Assembly: GCA_002269645.1 (NCBI GenBank)
Contig: NIVC01000079.1
Span: 1-30,268 of the forward strand
Direction: 5' to 3'
Length of the DNA stretch: 30,268 bases
Origin: Macrostomum lignano
Taxonomy: Eukaryota
A program made the position numbers and the translations under genes. Under the pieces are notes generated by a model. It did no database searches and was not told the origin of the DNA. It was given only the letters and a program-made list of their open reading frames with translations. Below are positions 28,710 through 30,268 of this stretch, one piece after another. The stretch's first letter is position 1. The number at the start of each line of letters is the position of its first letter.

Positions 28710-30268
28710 TAGTGTCAGGATAGTGCACTGATATGATGAATAGTGTCAGGATAGTGCACTGATATGGTGGATAGTGTCAGGATAGTACACTGATATGATG
28801 GATAGTGTCAGGATAGTGCACTGATATGATGGATAGTGTCAGGATAGTGCACTGATATGATGGATAGTGTCAGGATAGTGCACTGATATGATGGATAGTG
28901 TCAGGATAGTGCACTGATATGATGGATAGTGTCAGGATAGTGCACTGATATGATGGATAGTGTCAGGATAGTGCACTGATATGATGATAGTGTCAGATAG
29001 TACACTGATATGATGGATAGTGTCGGCATAGTGCACTGATATGATGGATAGTGTCAGGATAGTGCACTGATATGATGGATAGTGTCAGGATAGTGCACTG
29101 ATATGTGGATAGTGTCAGATAGTACACTGATATGATGGATAGTGTCAGGATAGTACACTGATATGATGGATAGTGTCAGGATAGTACACTGATATGATGG
29201 ATAGTGTCAGGCATAGTACACTGATATGATGGATAGTGTCAGGATAGTACACTGATATGATGGATAGTGTCAGGATAGTGCACTGATATGATGGATAGTG
29301 TCAGGATAGTACACTGATATGATGGATAGTGTCAGGATAGTGCACTGATATGATGGATAGTGTCAGGATAGTACACTGATATGATGGGTAGTGTCAGGAT
29401 AGTACACTGATATGATGATAGTGTCAGGATAGTACACTGATATGATGGATAGTGTCAGGATAGTACACTGATATGATGGATAGTGTCAGGATAGTGCACT
29501 GATATGATGGATAGTGTCAGGATAGCACTGATATGTGGATAGTGTCAGGATAGTACACTGATATGATGGATAGTGTCAGGATAGTACACTGATATGATGG
29601 ATAGTGTCAGGATAGTGCACTGATATGATGGATAGTGTCAGGATAGTGCACTGATATGATGGATAGTGTCAGGATAGTGCACTGATATGATGGATAGTGT
29701 CAGGATAGTACACTGATATGATGGATAGTGTCAGGATAGTGCACTGATATGATGGATAGTGTCAGGATAGTGCACTGATATGATGGATAGTGTCAGGATA
29801 GTGCACTGATATGTGGATAGTGTCAGGATAGTACACCTGATATGATGGATATGTCAGGATAGTGCACTGATATGATGATAGTGTCAGGATAGTGACTGAT
29901 ATGTGGATAGTGTCAGGATAGCCACTGATATGATGGATAGTGTCAGGATAGTGCACTGATATGTGATAGTGTCAGGATAGTGCACTGATATGATGGATAG
30001 TGTCAGGATAGTACACTGATATGATGGATAGTGTCAGGATAGTGCACTGATATGATGGATAGTGTCAGAATAGTCACTGATAGATGGATAGTGTCAGGAT
30101 AGTGCACTGATATGATGGATAGTGTCAGGATAGTGCACTGATATGTGGATAGTGTCAGGATAGTAACACTGATTATGATGGATAGTGTCAGGATAGGCAC
30201 TGATATGATGGATAGTGTCAGGATAGTGCACTGATATGATGGATAGTGTCAGGATAGTACACTGATAT
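28710..30268. repeat. 31-bp minisatellite (about 50 units, runs off the window end) inside the CNPY2 intron
   Basis: Unit GATAGTGTCAGGATAGT(G/A)CACTGATATGATG with frequent single-base dropouts. Confidence 0.99.

Noticed and set aside
29762-30200. ORFs with HYPDTIH/ILTLS repeats
   Set aside because: Artefacts of the 31-bp minisatellite. The unit is not a multiple of three and the frames shift with indels.

Overview
This is eukaryotic (invertebrate animal) genomic DNA with GC-richer exons in AT-rich introns, not prokaryotic DNA. A free-living flatworm such as Macrostomum is plausible but is only an inference. Three host genes are present. (1) The 3' part of an NMDA-type glutamate receptor subunit 2 gene on + (exons 154-532, 3787-3968, 4936-5171, 6246-6504/6508, plus a probable terminal exon 7031-7205 missed by the ORF track). 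(2) A probably complete five-exon leishmanolysin/invadolysin (LMLN, M8 metalloprotease) gene on - (26344 to 21858). (3) The last exon of a Canopy/CNPY2-like ER protein on - (28678-28213). Mobile DNA: an about 2.35 kb piggyBac inserted at a TTAA abutting an NMDAR splice donor, a tRNA-derived CORE-SINE, two hAT-type MITEs with 8-bp TSDs (92 bp and 330 bp), a 1.4 kb foldback element with modular TIRs and a 9-bp TSD, and a TA-flanked 87-bp hairpin. Tandem DNA: an 11.4 kb satellite of 73 near-identical units in two length classes (159 and 150 bp) and a 31-bp minisatellite running off the right end. About ten single-base deletions, mostly in short homopolymers, break the frames of the NMDAR2, LMLN and transposase coding sequences; they are most simply long-read assembly errors. 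I did not find a wholly new multi-gene system. The most unusual signals are the foldback element, the binary satellite, the non-Asn pore site of the receptor and its hidden alternative tail.
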